Shown in pieces: positions 34,901-48,234 of a DNA stretch of 64,000 bases. How positions within the stretch are numbered: the stretch's first letter is position 1; each line of letters begins with the position of its first letter. The notes beneath the pieces were generated by a model, which was not told where the DNA came from, made no database searches, and saw only the letters and a list, made by a program, of their open reading frames with translations. Origin of the DNA: a virus; IMG/VR virus record IMGVR_UViG_3300045988_027877, positions 32,001-96,000 of that record. One strand, given 5' to 3'. A program made the translations under genes and the position numbers.

Positions 34901-37900
34901 GTACATTCTCCTAGAGAAAGACAGATCGTATACGATGATTATGTAAAACATCATCCTGAATATAAGAATGCTTCTATAAATGAAGTAGAGGAAGCTATGG
35001 CAGAAGACTTCCGTAGCTGGGCTATTGTTCAGAATGCTAAGTGGTATAATCTTGGTTACTAGACTATTAAGCTATTTAGAGCCATAAAAGACTTTGTTAA
35101 GTCTATGTTCAATATATCTGATAGTCTCTATACTACTATATATAAAGGTATAAACAAGGGAAGATATTCTCAATATGAACTGAACTCTGTATCTATGGAG
35201 GAATTCCATAAGGCATTTACAGACAATGGTACATTCTTCTCTATACCGGGAGTACCTCAAGACAGATTGAAGAACATGCCTTCTATCATTAATCCAGATG
35301 TATTTTATAATGTATTAGACTCACTTACTAGTACATTGTTATCTGTGTTTAATGTTAGACAAGCATCTGATATATCTAAGTTAACAGAGAATCTAGATTA
35401 TATTCCTTCTATTATAGAGGGAAATATGATGGCTGGTCTTACTCCTGAAGAGAATGAACAACTTATTGAAGAAGTACTTGATAACTGGGATATCTTCAGA
35501 AAAGAAATGGCAGAGCAACTATCTACTCTGAATATCAAAGCTGAGGAAGTAGAGGTAGATAAAAATGGTGATACAGAAGGACAGAATAATAATGAGAGAT
35601 ATGATAGAGTTGCTTTTGAATTCTCAAAGAAGCTCAATATGTCTTTCAACGCTAAGCTATTCTTTTACTCTATTCCTAAAATGGAATATGATAAGAATAA
35701 AGAACTAGTGCCTGTAGTAGATCCTATCTTTGGACTCAATATGACTGAATCCTTTGATGTGTCTTGGAATAAAATAATGGAAAACCTATGGGATATCGAA
35801 AGATGGGAAGATCTAGAATCTAGATGTTTAAGACTTGGTAATGCCGATCCTTTCTTTAAATCTCTATATAACTACATTAGTGGAGATAATAAACCAGATG
35901 AAAACACTTGTACTCAAATACTTACTACTATTAAAAGTGCTAAAAACGAGATGACTTCTATAGAATTTAAGGAAGCGTTCGAAAAAGCAAACAGTAGAAT
36001 ACAAGATGAGGATTTAGTATTGGATGTAAAAACATCAATGAGAGCTAAAGCTGGTAAATGGCGAATCCTGGATTCCTCTTTACTTAGATTATAGAATAAA
36101 TATCCTAGACAATGGGGTAAACTATTCTATGTGTCCGGTATGATAGACAAGAGTAATCCTAATAAGTTTGAAATAGACTAGGACAAACTTGAGGATTTGA
36201 ATGTCGACTTTATGCTAATAAAAGAGAAGATAGACGAAATAGCTGCTCCATTTACTTCTAAGAGACCCAAAGCCATTACATTCACAGAAGATGATATCCG
36301 CAAGGCTAGTGTTACAGCAAAAGAGGAATTAGTGAACTGGTTGAACGGAATAGGTATAGACGTAGATATTAAGTCTATAGACTACTTATTATACGGTATG
36401 AAGTCAATGAATCCTAAACTACCTACTATTGAAGGATTCGATAAAATGTACACTTTACTTAATGACTCTAGTAAAGGAAATATTCGTAACCAGATATTAG
36501 GCAACTTAGATGCATTATCTAAGGGAGAAACAAAACTATTAAAGCTAAATAATCCATTCCCGGTAACAGAAGACAGTTTTATATAGAAACTGGCTATTGC
36601 TCATGGTAAGTCTCACCCAAATCCATCAGAATTTAGTGTAACTGGTCCTAATAATACTACAGTATACCCAATAACCTAGAATAACTATATGTCTGATAGA
36701 ATTAGATGGTTTAATACAGATCCTTCAGAAGTATCAAAAACTAGGAAGGCTGTGTATAATCGTCACTCTATACTGTTGCAGGCACTAGAAGACGGATCTA
36801 AATTAAGTTTAAGTACCTTTATTGCAGTTCGTAACGAAGATAATAGAACTAGTAGAGATTACTTCTAGATATCTCCAGTAGAGGACTATATATCTAAAAT
36901 GGTGCTTGCTCATAACGATAGAATACTATTACCTACTATGGCAGATAAGAAGACATGGTATTCTATTAGTGGAGTTAAACTGTTCCACGATATGTTGTCT
37001 AAATCTAGATTAACTGAAAGACAGACAGATACGGGTATACAGGTTCAATATGTTGATGATCAGATGTATCATTATTCTGATGATACACTACAGACATTTG
37101 CAGATTATTTCCTTGATGAATTTAATGCTATAGAACAGTATTACGCAGATAAATCACAAGTAGAATAGAATCCTAATCTTGCTATTGATAATTACCACGG
37201 TAAAATAAAGAATGGTAAGATGGATAATATGGGTAATGGAGGGTATTTCAGATACTTCTCTTCCATCAGAATGAGAGGAGAAGATGGAAACTATAAATAC
37301 ATGCCTTTGAACCAGATGATTTATGCTTGGTCAAAATTTGATTATGATAATAATCAAAATCAAATGCCAACCAGACTTAAACAACTTAAAAATACTTTGT
37401 TTAGTAATAGAGAAGTATTATTTGATATGATAAATGCAACTCTACAAGATAAGGTATAGGAAGAACTTGATTTCTTAGTGGATAAAGGTATAATCAAAAA
37501 GTATGCCAATGGTGAATATGAGAACTTGTTAATACCATCTAACATGCTAGACGATTATCATGAACGTTCTCGTTCACTTCCTAATGGAGATTCTTCTAAG
37601 AGAAGTAAGCCTGCTGCACTTTATTCATTAATTGCAAACCATGTAGCTAACTAGATGGTTTCTATTATAGAAGTAGAGAAAGCATTTGTTGGGGATCCAG
37701 CTTACTATAAATGGAAACGCGATAAGAAACAACCATGGATAATAGTAGAAAGATCTGTAGACAAAATTAAACGTCTTGGTTCTGTATTGTCTACTGGAGA
37801 TAACCTTAGAACTTATTGGGGAGACGGAGATCCTAGAAATAACTCTAAGTTTACAGTATTACATATGAGTGATAATGAGGTAGGATCTATCAAGTTTGAC

Positions 37901-40900
37901 GAGTACAAAAAGATGTTTACCGCTGCTGAAGTGATGAAACATATTCAAAGAACTAACCCAAATATAGACCAGAAACGACTGGTTAATATGGTTAGTAAAG
38001 AGAATATTAACAACACTATGAAAACTCTTAATGCTAAAGTAAAGAAAGCTATAGAGGATTCAGTAGCTAGACAGATTGCTGCATATGGTATTGATGAAAA
38101 CGGTAGGGGTAGGATAAACCAAGCCGATGCTGCTGTGTACATTAGACCTGCATTGTATAAGAGAATTGTCCAAGCAGTAGGAGAATGGTCACCAGAAGTA
38201 GAAAGAGCGTTTGATCTATTAGAGAGTCCTGATGAATCATGGTTGTCAGATCCTAAACTATACGCACAAGCTATAGAGACTCTTATCAAACCATTAAAGA
38301 TGGTATACTTTGGTAATCATGAACTCACTAAGTTAGGATTGAATGTACCGGTATTTGACAAGATGGCTATCTTCCCGATGTTCAGAGTGATGGCAAAAGC
38401 AGATAACTATCATCTGTACAATCGTATGAACAATGAAGAACTAGGTGCTATTGATATGCTTACTTTTGAATCTGCGGTTAAAGTAGGTGGTAGAAAGAAA
38501 TTCAAACCATATAAAGATGCATAGAACAGTAGATTTAACTTAGAAGATCTGAATAAACCGTCCACTTCTATAGTAAATGGTGAGACTAACTTCGAAGGTT
38601 TAGATTCTGACAATTCTAAATTGCCTACGTATATTCAAGATTTGCGTAATCTTAGATTACAGATGAATACAGATCCACACGAACATACTGATAGATCGTT
38701 AGGTACTCAGTTTGCTAAAGTAGCACTAAGTAACTTGGTCAAGAGTAGACCGTATGGATTAAATAAAGGAGTAGAATACACTGGTAGATAGATTATAGAT
38801 AATGTATTTAACTCTATTAATAGGTTATCAGATCTAGGAGCACAGAAGATATACGATGAATTTACTGATGATGGTACGTTATCTACTAGAAAGTTATCTA
38901 ACTTCTTAATACGTCAAGCTAAAGATAGTGGACTATCCAGAGATGTGGTGTCTTCTTTCGAAATTGATGAATCCACAGGTCAAATGCGTGTTCCTCTGTC
39001 AGCATAGAGTAATAGAAGATTTATCGAAAGTAGGATTATATCACAAGTAGGAAAGAGAGCTATTGATATCAATACTCCGGGTGGTTCTGCTATCCAACAC
39101 GCGTTCTTTGGATTTAAGAATACAACTATAACAGATCAAGAATTTGTAGGTAGAGCATTCAATGATGGTAAAGATCTGAGTCCTTTGAATGAAGACGGTA
39201 GTATGGACTGTATGCTTAGCACCAATTTCTTCAGACATGTAGTACCTGCTTCAGTAAGAAAACAAGGTTATACAGCTATCAGAGAATGGTTAATAGAGAA
39301 GAATATAATTGGTCAGAATGCTAAGCCGTATGCATTAGGTTATCGTATTCCAACGCAGGGTTTATCATCTACAGCATCTCTTAAAGTAACAGATGTACTT
39401 CCAGAGTCTATGGGTGATGTTATTGTAGTTCCTAATGACTTTACTGCAATGACTGGTTCTGACTTTGATATTGACAAGTTGTATATAGTTACTGGTTACT
39501 ATGATAAAGATGGTAATTATTTAGAATGTAATTGGGATGATATAGATAGTAACTCTGAACAACAATTAGTGAATGGATTAATTGATATGTATCGTATTGC
39601 TATATCTGACGATACTAACATAGATCAAACTAAAGCTCCTCTTGATAACCTTACTGAAAAGGTAAAATCAAACATTCTTCCACTAGTAATGGGTACTGCC
39701 AAAAATGAAGCTAAACCAATGTATGAATTACTTCCTTCTTATCAGTTGTTTAAAAAGTTTGAATATACCGGTGGTAAAGATGGTATTGCTCCATTTGCTC
39801 TAGCTTCTACTAATCATGCGCTTACTCAAGCACTGAATCTTAGAATGGATTTGGGTGAAGTAGCCGATTTATACGACTTAGGTAATATAAATGATATAAC
39901 TTCTCAGGATGGTGAAAGAATACTTGACTGGCTATCTGCCATGATTAACGCTCACGTGGACGTTGCTAAAGATCCTTACATCATTAACTTGAATGTTAAC
40001 TCTGTTACTTATAGTATGACTGAGTTCTTGCTTAGAACAGGTAAGGGAGAAGCTACATTCTACTTCTTATCACAGCCTATTTTGAAAGATTTTGCTAACA
40101 TGATTATCAAACTGAATGGTCAATATGGTGTAGATCCTCAAGACGTTTCTTATAGCCAGTTAATAGATGATACGTTATCTGGTTTAAAGAAACAGTATAT
40201 GAGAGAGTTTGCCAACTTTGTTGACTCACAATCTGATGAAAATATTAAAAAGAAATTAAATCAAGAATGGGCAGGTCTATTAGATTTTGAAAGAAGCCCA
40301 GATACTCCTAGACGAGCAGTAGATGTAGAGTTACTTAAAAAAGCACTTACTTCTAATATAGAGGGAAATAGAGATTTAAACTTCTATCTACAACAAGTAT
40401 TAGTTGCTACAGCCTATCAAGACATGTTACCATATGCAGAAAGACTAACAAAATTAGTTAGATTATCGCAAATTGATACTAAGAAATATGGTAATACTTT
40501 AGCTCAGTAGGCTAACTATAGTAAATCAGTATTTGATTTTATCAGGAATGATGGTGAATTATTCTATCAAACTGATGATAAAGGTGTGAAAATAGAAGAT
40601 GAAAATCAAAACGCTCTGCTTAACTATTACTCTAATAGCTTCTTGATGAAGAAATTAAAAAATGCGGTAGATATTCCTAGATTTATATTACATCAAGATT
40701 TTATTCAAGCTACTGATATGTATGGTGGTTTGTTTAATAATATGATAAACTCTATGATAGGAGAACGAAGTGGAATAAACAAACAATTAGCCATGAAGTT
40801 GGATTCCATTGTAGATAGTGTAATTAGAGCTAGAATTGCTAACAGTACTCCAGCTATGCATTTAGAGTAGGGAGAACTAAAGGAAATGGTAATGGGTAAT

Positions 40901-42298
40901 AGAACTGTTCCTAAGAGATTACATCAACTTAAGTATGCCATATATAGAAATATAAATGGTAGATACGATAACTTGCTTAATGGAGATGGATCAATAAGTA
41001 ATGCTTTCTTAAATTACCTAATTCCAACTCTAGCTACAGACAGTACAGAAGGTGGTATTGATGCAATGTCTTTACTTAATAGTTCTATGGCTAACAGTTC
41101 TAATTTTGAGAATAGATTAATTGCATACTTTAGTGACTTGATGTCCAGTGAAGATGCAGCTGTAAGACAATTTGCAAATAGATTAGCATTGTATGCTTAC
41201 TATACATCTTATGACAATAAGGCTCCAAATACGTTCTCACATTTGATATCTAGTCAGTTTAGAGTTGATTCAGGTTATGCAGATAATATAAGACAAGCTA
41301 TAGGTGATATGAATACTGGACAATGGTTAGGAAATGTGTTTAATGAAACTATAGACGAACCTACGTTAAGCTCATATCCTTCTATCGCATTAAATATTGC
41401 TAGAAACAATGCTTAGGATTCTGAAGTAGTTAAGAATGTAGTTAAACCTAAATCCAATAGATATAATAGTAAGTCGTTTATATATGCTCCATCCCCGTGG
41501 ACCGATGGTACAGGTACATACCTTATGTCATTCAGTACTAAACCTAGAAAAGACGAAAGAGATTTCTTATCTATTGATTATCCTGTTTACGGAAAGAGAA
41601 ATACTGTATTATATGTCAAAATAGGTAGACTTGAAGTATACGACAAGGAGAAAGGTAAAAAACTAGGATAGGCTGGACAGACAATATATGCTGCTGTACC
41701 TAGATTAGGAATACAGTCCGGATCAAATACAGTAAATGAGTATTATAAAGACGCTTATTCTCTATCTGACTTTGATGAAAATAATATAAGTGTGTTATCC
41801 TACAAGTATTTAAATGACTTCTTTAATGATCAATCTAAGTATAAGATGTGGGTTAAAGGAGTAGACAGCAAAAATATAGATATATCACTTATACCAAGTC
41901 AATATTTCAACGAACAGTTCAATGCTCATGGATTAGACAGATTAACAGAAGATGTAGATCTATCAGAGAATTCTGCTGATAACATTATCAGTCAAGAAGT
42001 AAATGACGAGAAGCCTACTCAACAGAGTGAGAAACCTAAATCTAAAGCAATGGAAACTAAAGAGTTAGATAGAGATATAGCAGCAGAAGCAGGTTTGTTA
42101 GATAAAGGTAATTTAATGACTAAAGTAAACCAACAATTACTAATGACAGAAGCAATGATGGAAGCAGTTCCTTATGAAGATCCTAATGCTGGAGTAGAAT
42201 CATCTGGTGAAGATATATCAGACATGTTTACTTCTGAAGATGATCTTAATGAGGATAATTTCTCAGACGATGCTTATAATAACTGTAAAGGTAAATAA
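28904..42298 (+). CDS. Giant 4,464-codon ORF: virion-packaged multisubunit-like RNA polymerase fused with zincin-like and acidic domains
   Basis: Eighteen ORF-track fragments from 29519 to 42298 all have start mod 3 = 2. I translated every gap and found only TAG (about 32) between ATG 28904 and TAA 42296-42298. Contains HEAWH (34871-34885) and GSDFDIDK (DFDID at 39461-39475). Confidence 0.7.
34871..34885 (+). other. HExxH zinc-metallopeptidase-like motif (HEAWH) inside the giant ORF
   Basis: cat gaa gct tgg cat, in context GKGIQYHEAWHYINLL. Confidence 0.5.
39461..39475 (+). other. DFDID motif (DxDxD catalytic metal-binding loop of crAss-type virion RNAP)
   Basis: gac ttt gat att gac, in context VVPNDFTAMTGSDFDIDKLYIVTGYYD. 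Confidence 0.6.
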
Positions 42299-42300
42299 TT

Positions 42301-45300
42301 ATGGCAAAAGGAATATGCCCAAACTTAAGTGATCCGCAGATTAAAGCGGAGTTTGATGAGATGGTAGCTGCTCTTGGAGAAAAACAAGCATATGCTATCT
42401 GGGACATGAATAATGGTTATAGTTTAGATAAGGCTCCGAATGGGGAGCCTTCTGTACTATTCGCTAGACTATTAGAATATAATAATGATAATAGACAAGC
42501 TGCAATACAGGATAAAGCTAAAATATACACCAATTCATTTATAGAGAGATATGGTAATTGGATAGAAGGAGAGAAGTCTGACAAATTCTCTTATGTAGAA
42601 GGAGAACCTATTGTTAGTAAGGAATCCTTAAACATATTTGATAAACAAGACTCTCCACTTCAGCAACAATCTATGTCTCAAATAGATGAAGCTATGAAGA
42701 AATTTAGAGCTGAACGATATGATTTTGATAAGACATTAGATACGTTAAGACAACTAATAACTAATGCTGTACAAGCACGTATTAAGTCTATTTAGAATCG
42801 TAAGATAGCTAACAAGACTGCTTTATTAGTTCCTTTAGAGCAATAGCTATCTGCCCTCAAGAATCCGAATATCGACTCATTACAGACCATAGTATACTGT
42901 TTATCGGATATAAAAAGAACTATGACTCGTCCAGTTAATGCCATACTTACTGCTCAAAAGAATCTTAGAGAAGGTAGAGATAGTGGATTTAGTAATCTAG
43001 CACTAATACAACTTCAATAGGATTATTTTGGTATGTATAATAACGTGCTAGAGGAAATTGCTAGAAATGTATTTGATTCTGACATTTATAAAGACATACT
43101 TGGAGCATAGAGTTTCGATCAGATGAAGACTATGATATCCAATATGCGTACTCAATTTGCAGCAGCTAGGCAAGGACTTATCGAACTTACTACAGACTTA
43201 GCATAGAAGACTATGTTAAAGTATGGTATCAAGGATGAACAAAGCAGAACAGAACTGGAATAGTATGTAGGAGAAGATCTTATTACTACTGAAAATGACG
43301 TTAGTTCTCTAATGAGATGGATAGGGTCTGGAGATAAAATGAACGATAAGGCTGCTAGAGTTATGTTCGATATGATAGCAAACACTAATAATAAGACTCG
43401 TTTCGCTACTCATAAGTTCGGTAACAAGTTGTTACGTCTATAGAAACAAATATCTCTAGGAGATCAAATGAGACTATTTGAATATGATTCAGATGGTAAA
43501 AAAACTGGTTACTTTATTAGAGACAGAAAGTATGGAGAGTTTCTTAATAATCTTGAGAAAGAACGCAAACGCTTAAAAACTAAGTATAATGTTCCGGAAG
43601 GATAGAACATGCCTTTAGAGAAGGAAGCTAGAACTGCTTTCAATAAGGAGATGAACGATTGGTTAAGTAAGCATTGCGAACGTAGATATACTAAGAAATA
43701 TTATGATGCATTTAACTCACTTAGTCAAGAAGCCAGAGATGCACGAGACGCAATACAATTTAAGATATACAAACTACTAGATGATGTAAGAGATAGTAGA
43801 GGAAAAGTACATCTTGAGAATCTAGATGCTAAACAATGGGCACAATATGAGAACTATAATATACAGAAGAAGCAGTTGATGTCCATGTATTATGAAGATG
43901 GTACTCCTAAGACTGATTTAGATAAGTAGATAGCAGAGGAACTTACTGAATTGAATAAAATGCTTCATGAAGGAATGCATTATGTTACCAATGAAGAGAA
44001 GTTCAACGAAGCTAAACGCGAAGCAAAGGAAAATCTTACTCCAGAACAGTATGAAGCATGGAAAAAGAGATATACCAGAGTATAGATTAGTGATGAATTC
44101 TATAAACAACTATCTTAGATAGAGAAGAAAGAATACGGGGATAGGTATATTGAGTTAAAGAAGATAAGGGAAGAGCTTACTAAACCGTATAGAAATGAGT
44201 ATACTGGAGGTATTGATGTACAGTATATGTCATCTACTCTGCTGCATACTCTAAATAGTCTGGATAGAGAAATGCGTAAAGAGAGGAAGAACGCTCGTAA
44301 ATCCAAATCTAAGAAAGAAGAAGAGTCTATAGAAGGACTTAAATTCGAAGATATTGCAGAATCAGTTCCTACTGAACAATATAAAAGAGATAAGTAGGCA
44401 GCTATAAACAGAGGTATAGAGTTCTATGAACTATGGGAGAATCAGCACCATATCAAGTACTATATAGGTGAAAAAGAAGTAATAGTTCCAAAATGGTACT
44501 ATACTAAGATAGTTCCAAAGGACGAAAGACTTATAAATTATGAAGCACCTACTAGAGAGTTTAGTGAAATAGATCCTAATTCAGAGTATTTCAATAGTAA
44601 ATTCGATGTAAATATTGACGAGTACTATCAACCTAAAGAATCTCTTTACAAGAATAAAGAGTATGATAATTTATTTAAAGTAAAGAAGGATAAGAACGGT
44701 AATGAAGTAGCTACTAGAAATATACCTCTGTGGAACTTATATAAAGAGTTACTCAATGGTATGGAAACATCTAATGATAAACTTACTTTCTTGACCAGAA
44801 ATAATCCATATAAGTTACCACAAATGAGTGGTAGTATGTATCAATATGCTAAAGGAGATGGTATTATAAAAGGATTCTTACAATATACCAGACAAGGTAT
44901 AGTAAAAGACGTAGATGATGTAGGTTACGTTGATGCTCCTACAAGTAGACCAGATGGATCTGCTTAGAGAATGATTCCTACTTATTATATAAACAAGTTA
45001 GACGATCCTAATAAGATTACAAATGACTTAGTTGGTTCTGTTATAGCTTACTTCAAGATGGCTGAAAACTTCAAGAATAAGACAGAGATACAACCAGACC
45101 TAGAAGTAATAAAGATGTAGATGGCTAATCGTGCATATACTGGAAAACCTATAGGATTAGATGCTCTCAAAAGAAAGATATTTAAGCAGAGTGATAAGAA
45201 AGTAGGTGCTGATACTAATACTTATAAGTTTATAAGTAGGTTTATGGATATGCAATTATATGGAGAAGAATCTAAATCTATACTTAAGAAATTTGCAGAG

Positions 45301-46623
45301 GATAGTAAGATAGGTAAATTCTTTGGATTAGCAGGTAAAGAAGTAAACTTCTCTAAAGTAATCCACAGTATTAAGAACTATGGTCAATTACTTGGATTAG
45401 GTCTCAACTTAGCTGTTGGAGCTACAGGTATGGCTACAGCTTTTTTGGCTCAGCTAGGTATGGCCGCTAATGGTAGATATTTCGATTTTTCTTCTTTTTC
45501 CAAGGCATATTTCAATATGGTAAGTAACTTGTTTGGTATAGTATAGTATGCAAAAGATACTACCACTAACAACAAGTATGTGGCATTGATGCAGAGATTC
45601 GAAATAGGCACAGAATTCTAGAATGCTTTTAGAAACTCTAATAGAATTGGTATAATAAACACGATAAGTAGGAACTGGGCGTTCGGAATTTTTTCATTTT
45701 CTGATTTTGTAATCAAAGGTACTATACTAAATTCGATTATGAATAACTATAGATACTACAATGGAAGATTCTATAATAGTCAATAGTTCAATTAGTTATT
45801 CTCTAACAAAGAAGATGCAAAAAATATCTGGAGAACTCTATAGAGTACTTATGATATAATTGAAATAGAAAATGGAAATATTGTAATTAGAGATAAAGCA
45901 TAGGCTAAAGCTTTTGCTGAAGTATAGAATGAAATTAGTAATAGTGCTAGAGCTCTTTCTGCTACAGCTGATGGACAGTTAACAGAAGAATAGAAAGCAC
46001 AATTTGCTTCTAATGCTTTTGGTTCACTTATAATGATGTTCCGTAACTATATACCAAATATTATTAGTGAGAGAATCACTATGAAAAAATAGTATGATTA
46101 TAATTTAGGTATGGAACGTGAAGCTTTATTAAGAACTATAGGTAGAGTAGTACCTATGTTAATAAAAGATTGGAATAGTCGTAAACAACTAGATGCATCT
46201 GATATAGGGAATATTAGACAGTTTGGTTACGAAATGACTATGATTGCTCTATTATCATTTGTAGTTAAACCTCTATTAGTTGAAGCTGCTGATGATGATC
46301 GAGATAATTGGGTTAAGAATTTCTTAGCTCTTCTAGTAACTAGAACTGGATTTGAGTACGGTAATCAATATAATCCTCTAGACTTACTTAATACTATTAC
46401 TTCAGTAAGTTCTATATTTGATATAATGAATCCGTTCACTAATCTTTTATCACTTAGCGAAATGTGGGAAGTTGCTATTAATAATAAGAAAATTAAGTAT
46501 GGAGCCTATAAAGGTGATACTAAATTAGAAAGATGGTTATGGAAAATGACTCCATTTAAGAATGTTAAAGAGATTCAAGATCCGGCAATCAAACGAAAGT
46601 ATTACGAACAATTATACAAATAA
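42301..46623 (+). CDS. Large (1,440-codon) hypothetical virion protein, last gene of the late block
   Basis: Fragments 42301-42795, 43609-43929, 44761-44967, 45121-45546 and 46111-46623 are in one frame. About 23 in-frame TAGs and no TAA/TGA before TAA 46621-46623. Hydrophobic segment LGLGLNLAVGATGMATAFLAQLGMAANG. Confidence 0.55.
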
Positions 46624-46627
46624 AAAT

Positions 46628-46653
46628 AAAGGCTACTATTTCTAGTAGCCTTT
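46628..46653. terminator. Bidirectional hairpin terminator between the convergent blocks
   Basis: AAAGGCTACTA-TTTC-TAGTAGCCTTT, flanked by A-run and T-run, lying between TAA 46623 (+) and TAA 46676 (-). Confidence 0.7.
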
Positions 46654-46675
46654 ATCGTTTGAAGTGCCTTGGAGG

Positions 46676-47179
46676 TTAGCACTCTTCTGGCATGTCTTCG
46701 AAGGGATCTTCGATAACATCACCAAAAGGGATGACGGATTTTATTTCGTGAAATTCATTAGTAAACAATACACTTGGCAAATTAGTACGAATACCATTAA
46801 ATAGCTCAAGTGTCTTACTCATTTCGGATTTACTTAGTTCTGCGGGTCCACCGCTGATTAGTATATCTCTACGAGTTTTAATTTCTTTAGGTAAAGTAAA
46901 TACAGCTATTTCATACCACTGGTCATTTATTCGAATCTGACGTAGACTATGAAAATACTTATTCTTTCTTAGCTCGTATTGAAGATTCAACAATGCTTTT
47001 ATTGTTGTTTCTCTATACATTACAAATAAGTTATCACAGAAATAAGGTTCATCTGGATAATCTGTATATACATTTACAAGATTTTCGTTTACTAACTTCT
47101 TATTGTCTATCACTAAGTGCAACAAACAAGCTGTTGCTTCATTTAAGTTCTTCAGTTCCATTATTCTCGTAATATTCAC
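46676..47179 (-). CDS. Hypothetical protein
   Basis: 167-aa uninterrupted ORF with TAA stop. The 5' end overlaps the upstream gene, so the start may be internal. Confidence 0.5.
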   Translation of the reverse strand: MNITRIMELKNLNEATACLLHLVIDNKKLVNENLVNVYTDYPDEPYFCDNLFVMYRETTIKALLNLQYELRKNKYFHSLRQIRINDQWYEIAVFTLPKEIKTRRDILISGGPAELSKSEMSKTLELFNGIRTNLPSVLFTNEFHEIKSVIPFGDVIEDPFEDMPEEC

Positions 47180-48113
47180 GAGTATGGTCCCAATTTCCTG
47201 TCTGATAATGATATGATATTTCTGTCAACGCTTCTGATATTAGGTCTTTACGGGCCAATAACTCTTGTTCGTTTAACATGTTAAATACGCGTATCTCATT
47301 ATTACCATTACTTTGGATAGCAATGATATACGCTTCAAGATCATAGTCTTCTATATCGTAACCTTCCTCTTTCATATACCAAGTAAGAGCAAGTATATAG
47401 AAGGCTATTTGTCTATAATAATCATACTCTTCTACAGAGTGTTTGAAGTTATAGACATCAGCAGTTGTTTTCAGGTCAATGAGTACAATTTTACGTTCTG
47501 CATGATCAATTTTAACTCTATCTAGCAGTGATTTACACATGACCTGTTGTTTCTCGGCTTCCCAGTTGATATGAAATTCATTATGGCATTCAATACCAGG
47601 CTGGTTTTCAAGCAACTCTTTTGCTTTAATGTGATTATATATATTCTCTTTAATGCGTTTTAGCATTGTAAGATCTGCGAATGATATAATCTTATACGTT
47701 TGATTCTTATCTAAGAACTCAATGTATTCAGCAAATTTGAGTTGTAATTCTTTTGCTTTTTTCAGTATAGCATCTTTTGACATATTATTGCCAGAGTAAG
47801 ATGCTTTGTACGCATTTATAAGTTTATCTTCTTCTAGTATTTCAGTAGAATTGAAGTAAGCTTCACAGAAAGCTAACTGTTGAGTTGTCTTGGGTTTCTC
47901 ATAATCAATTATCATATAATTCTCCCAAAACTCTTCAGGTTGAAGTAGATACATGTGAATCATAGTTCCCTTATCAAGATACTTACCACTAATACCTTCT
48001 TCTTTACCATCAAGCATATCCTTGAGGTATCGCGGTCCTTTCTTTAAGAACCACCCGATTGCTGAATTTGATATTCGCGTGTTATCTTCATAATACGGAA
48101 TCTCTATTTTCAT
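47139..48113 (-). CDS. PD-(D/E)XK nuclease (RecB/Cas4-like exonuclease family)
   Basis: 324-aa ORF. ...KIVLIDLKTTADVYNFKHSVEEYDYYRQIAFY... matches the D-x(n)-(D/E)LK core followed by the QxxxY motif of this family. Confidence 0.6.
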   Translation of the reverse strand: MKIEIPYYEDNTRISNSAIGWFLKKGPRYLKDMLDGKEEGISGKYLDKGTMIHMYLLQPEEFWENYMIIDYEKPKTTQQLAFCEAYFNSTEILEEDKLINAYKASYSGNNMSKDAILKKAKELQLKFAEYIEFLDKNQTYKIISFADLTMLKRIKENIYNHIKAKELLENQPGIECHNEFHINWEAEKQQVMCKSLLDRVKIDHAERKIVLIDLKTTADVYNFKHSVEEYDYYRQIAFYILALTWYMKEEGYDIEDYDLEAYIIAIQSNGNNEIRVFNMLNEQELLARKDLISEALTEISYHYQTGNWDHTREYYENNGTEELK

Positions 48114-48217
48114 GCTGCTAAATATAAATCGGTTTCAACTTCCATGTTTGTATTCCATGGGATCTCGTCTTCTATATCCTGACGGATATGTTTAGACATC
48201 TTGTATATGACTATCAT
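48110..48217 (-). CDS. Possible 35-aa ORF filling the gap
   Basis: ATG 48217 to TGA 48110-48112, which overlaps the downstream ATG (ATGA). No other support. Confidence 0.2.
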   Translation of the reverse strand: MIVIYKMSKHIRQDIEDEIPWNTNMEVETDLYLAA

Positions 48218-48234
48218 TAGAAATAAAATCATAA

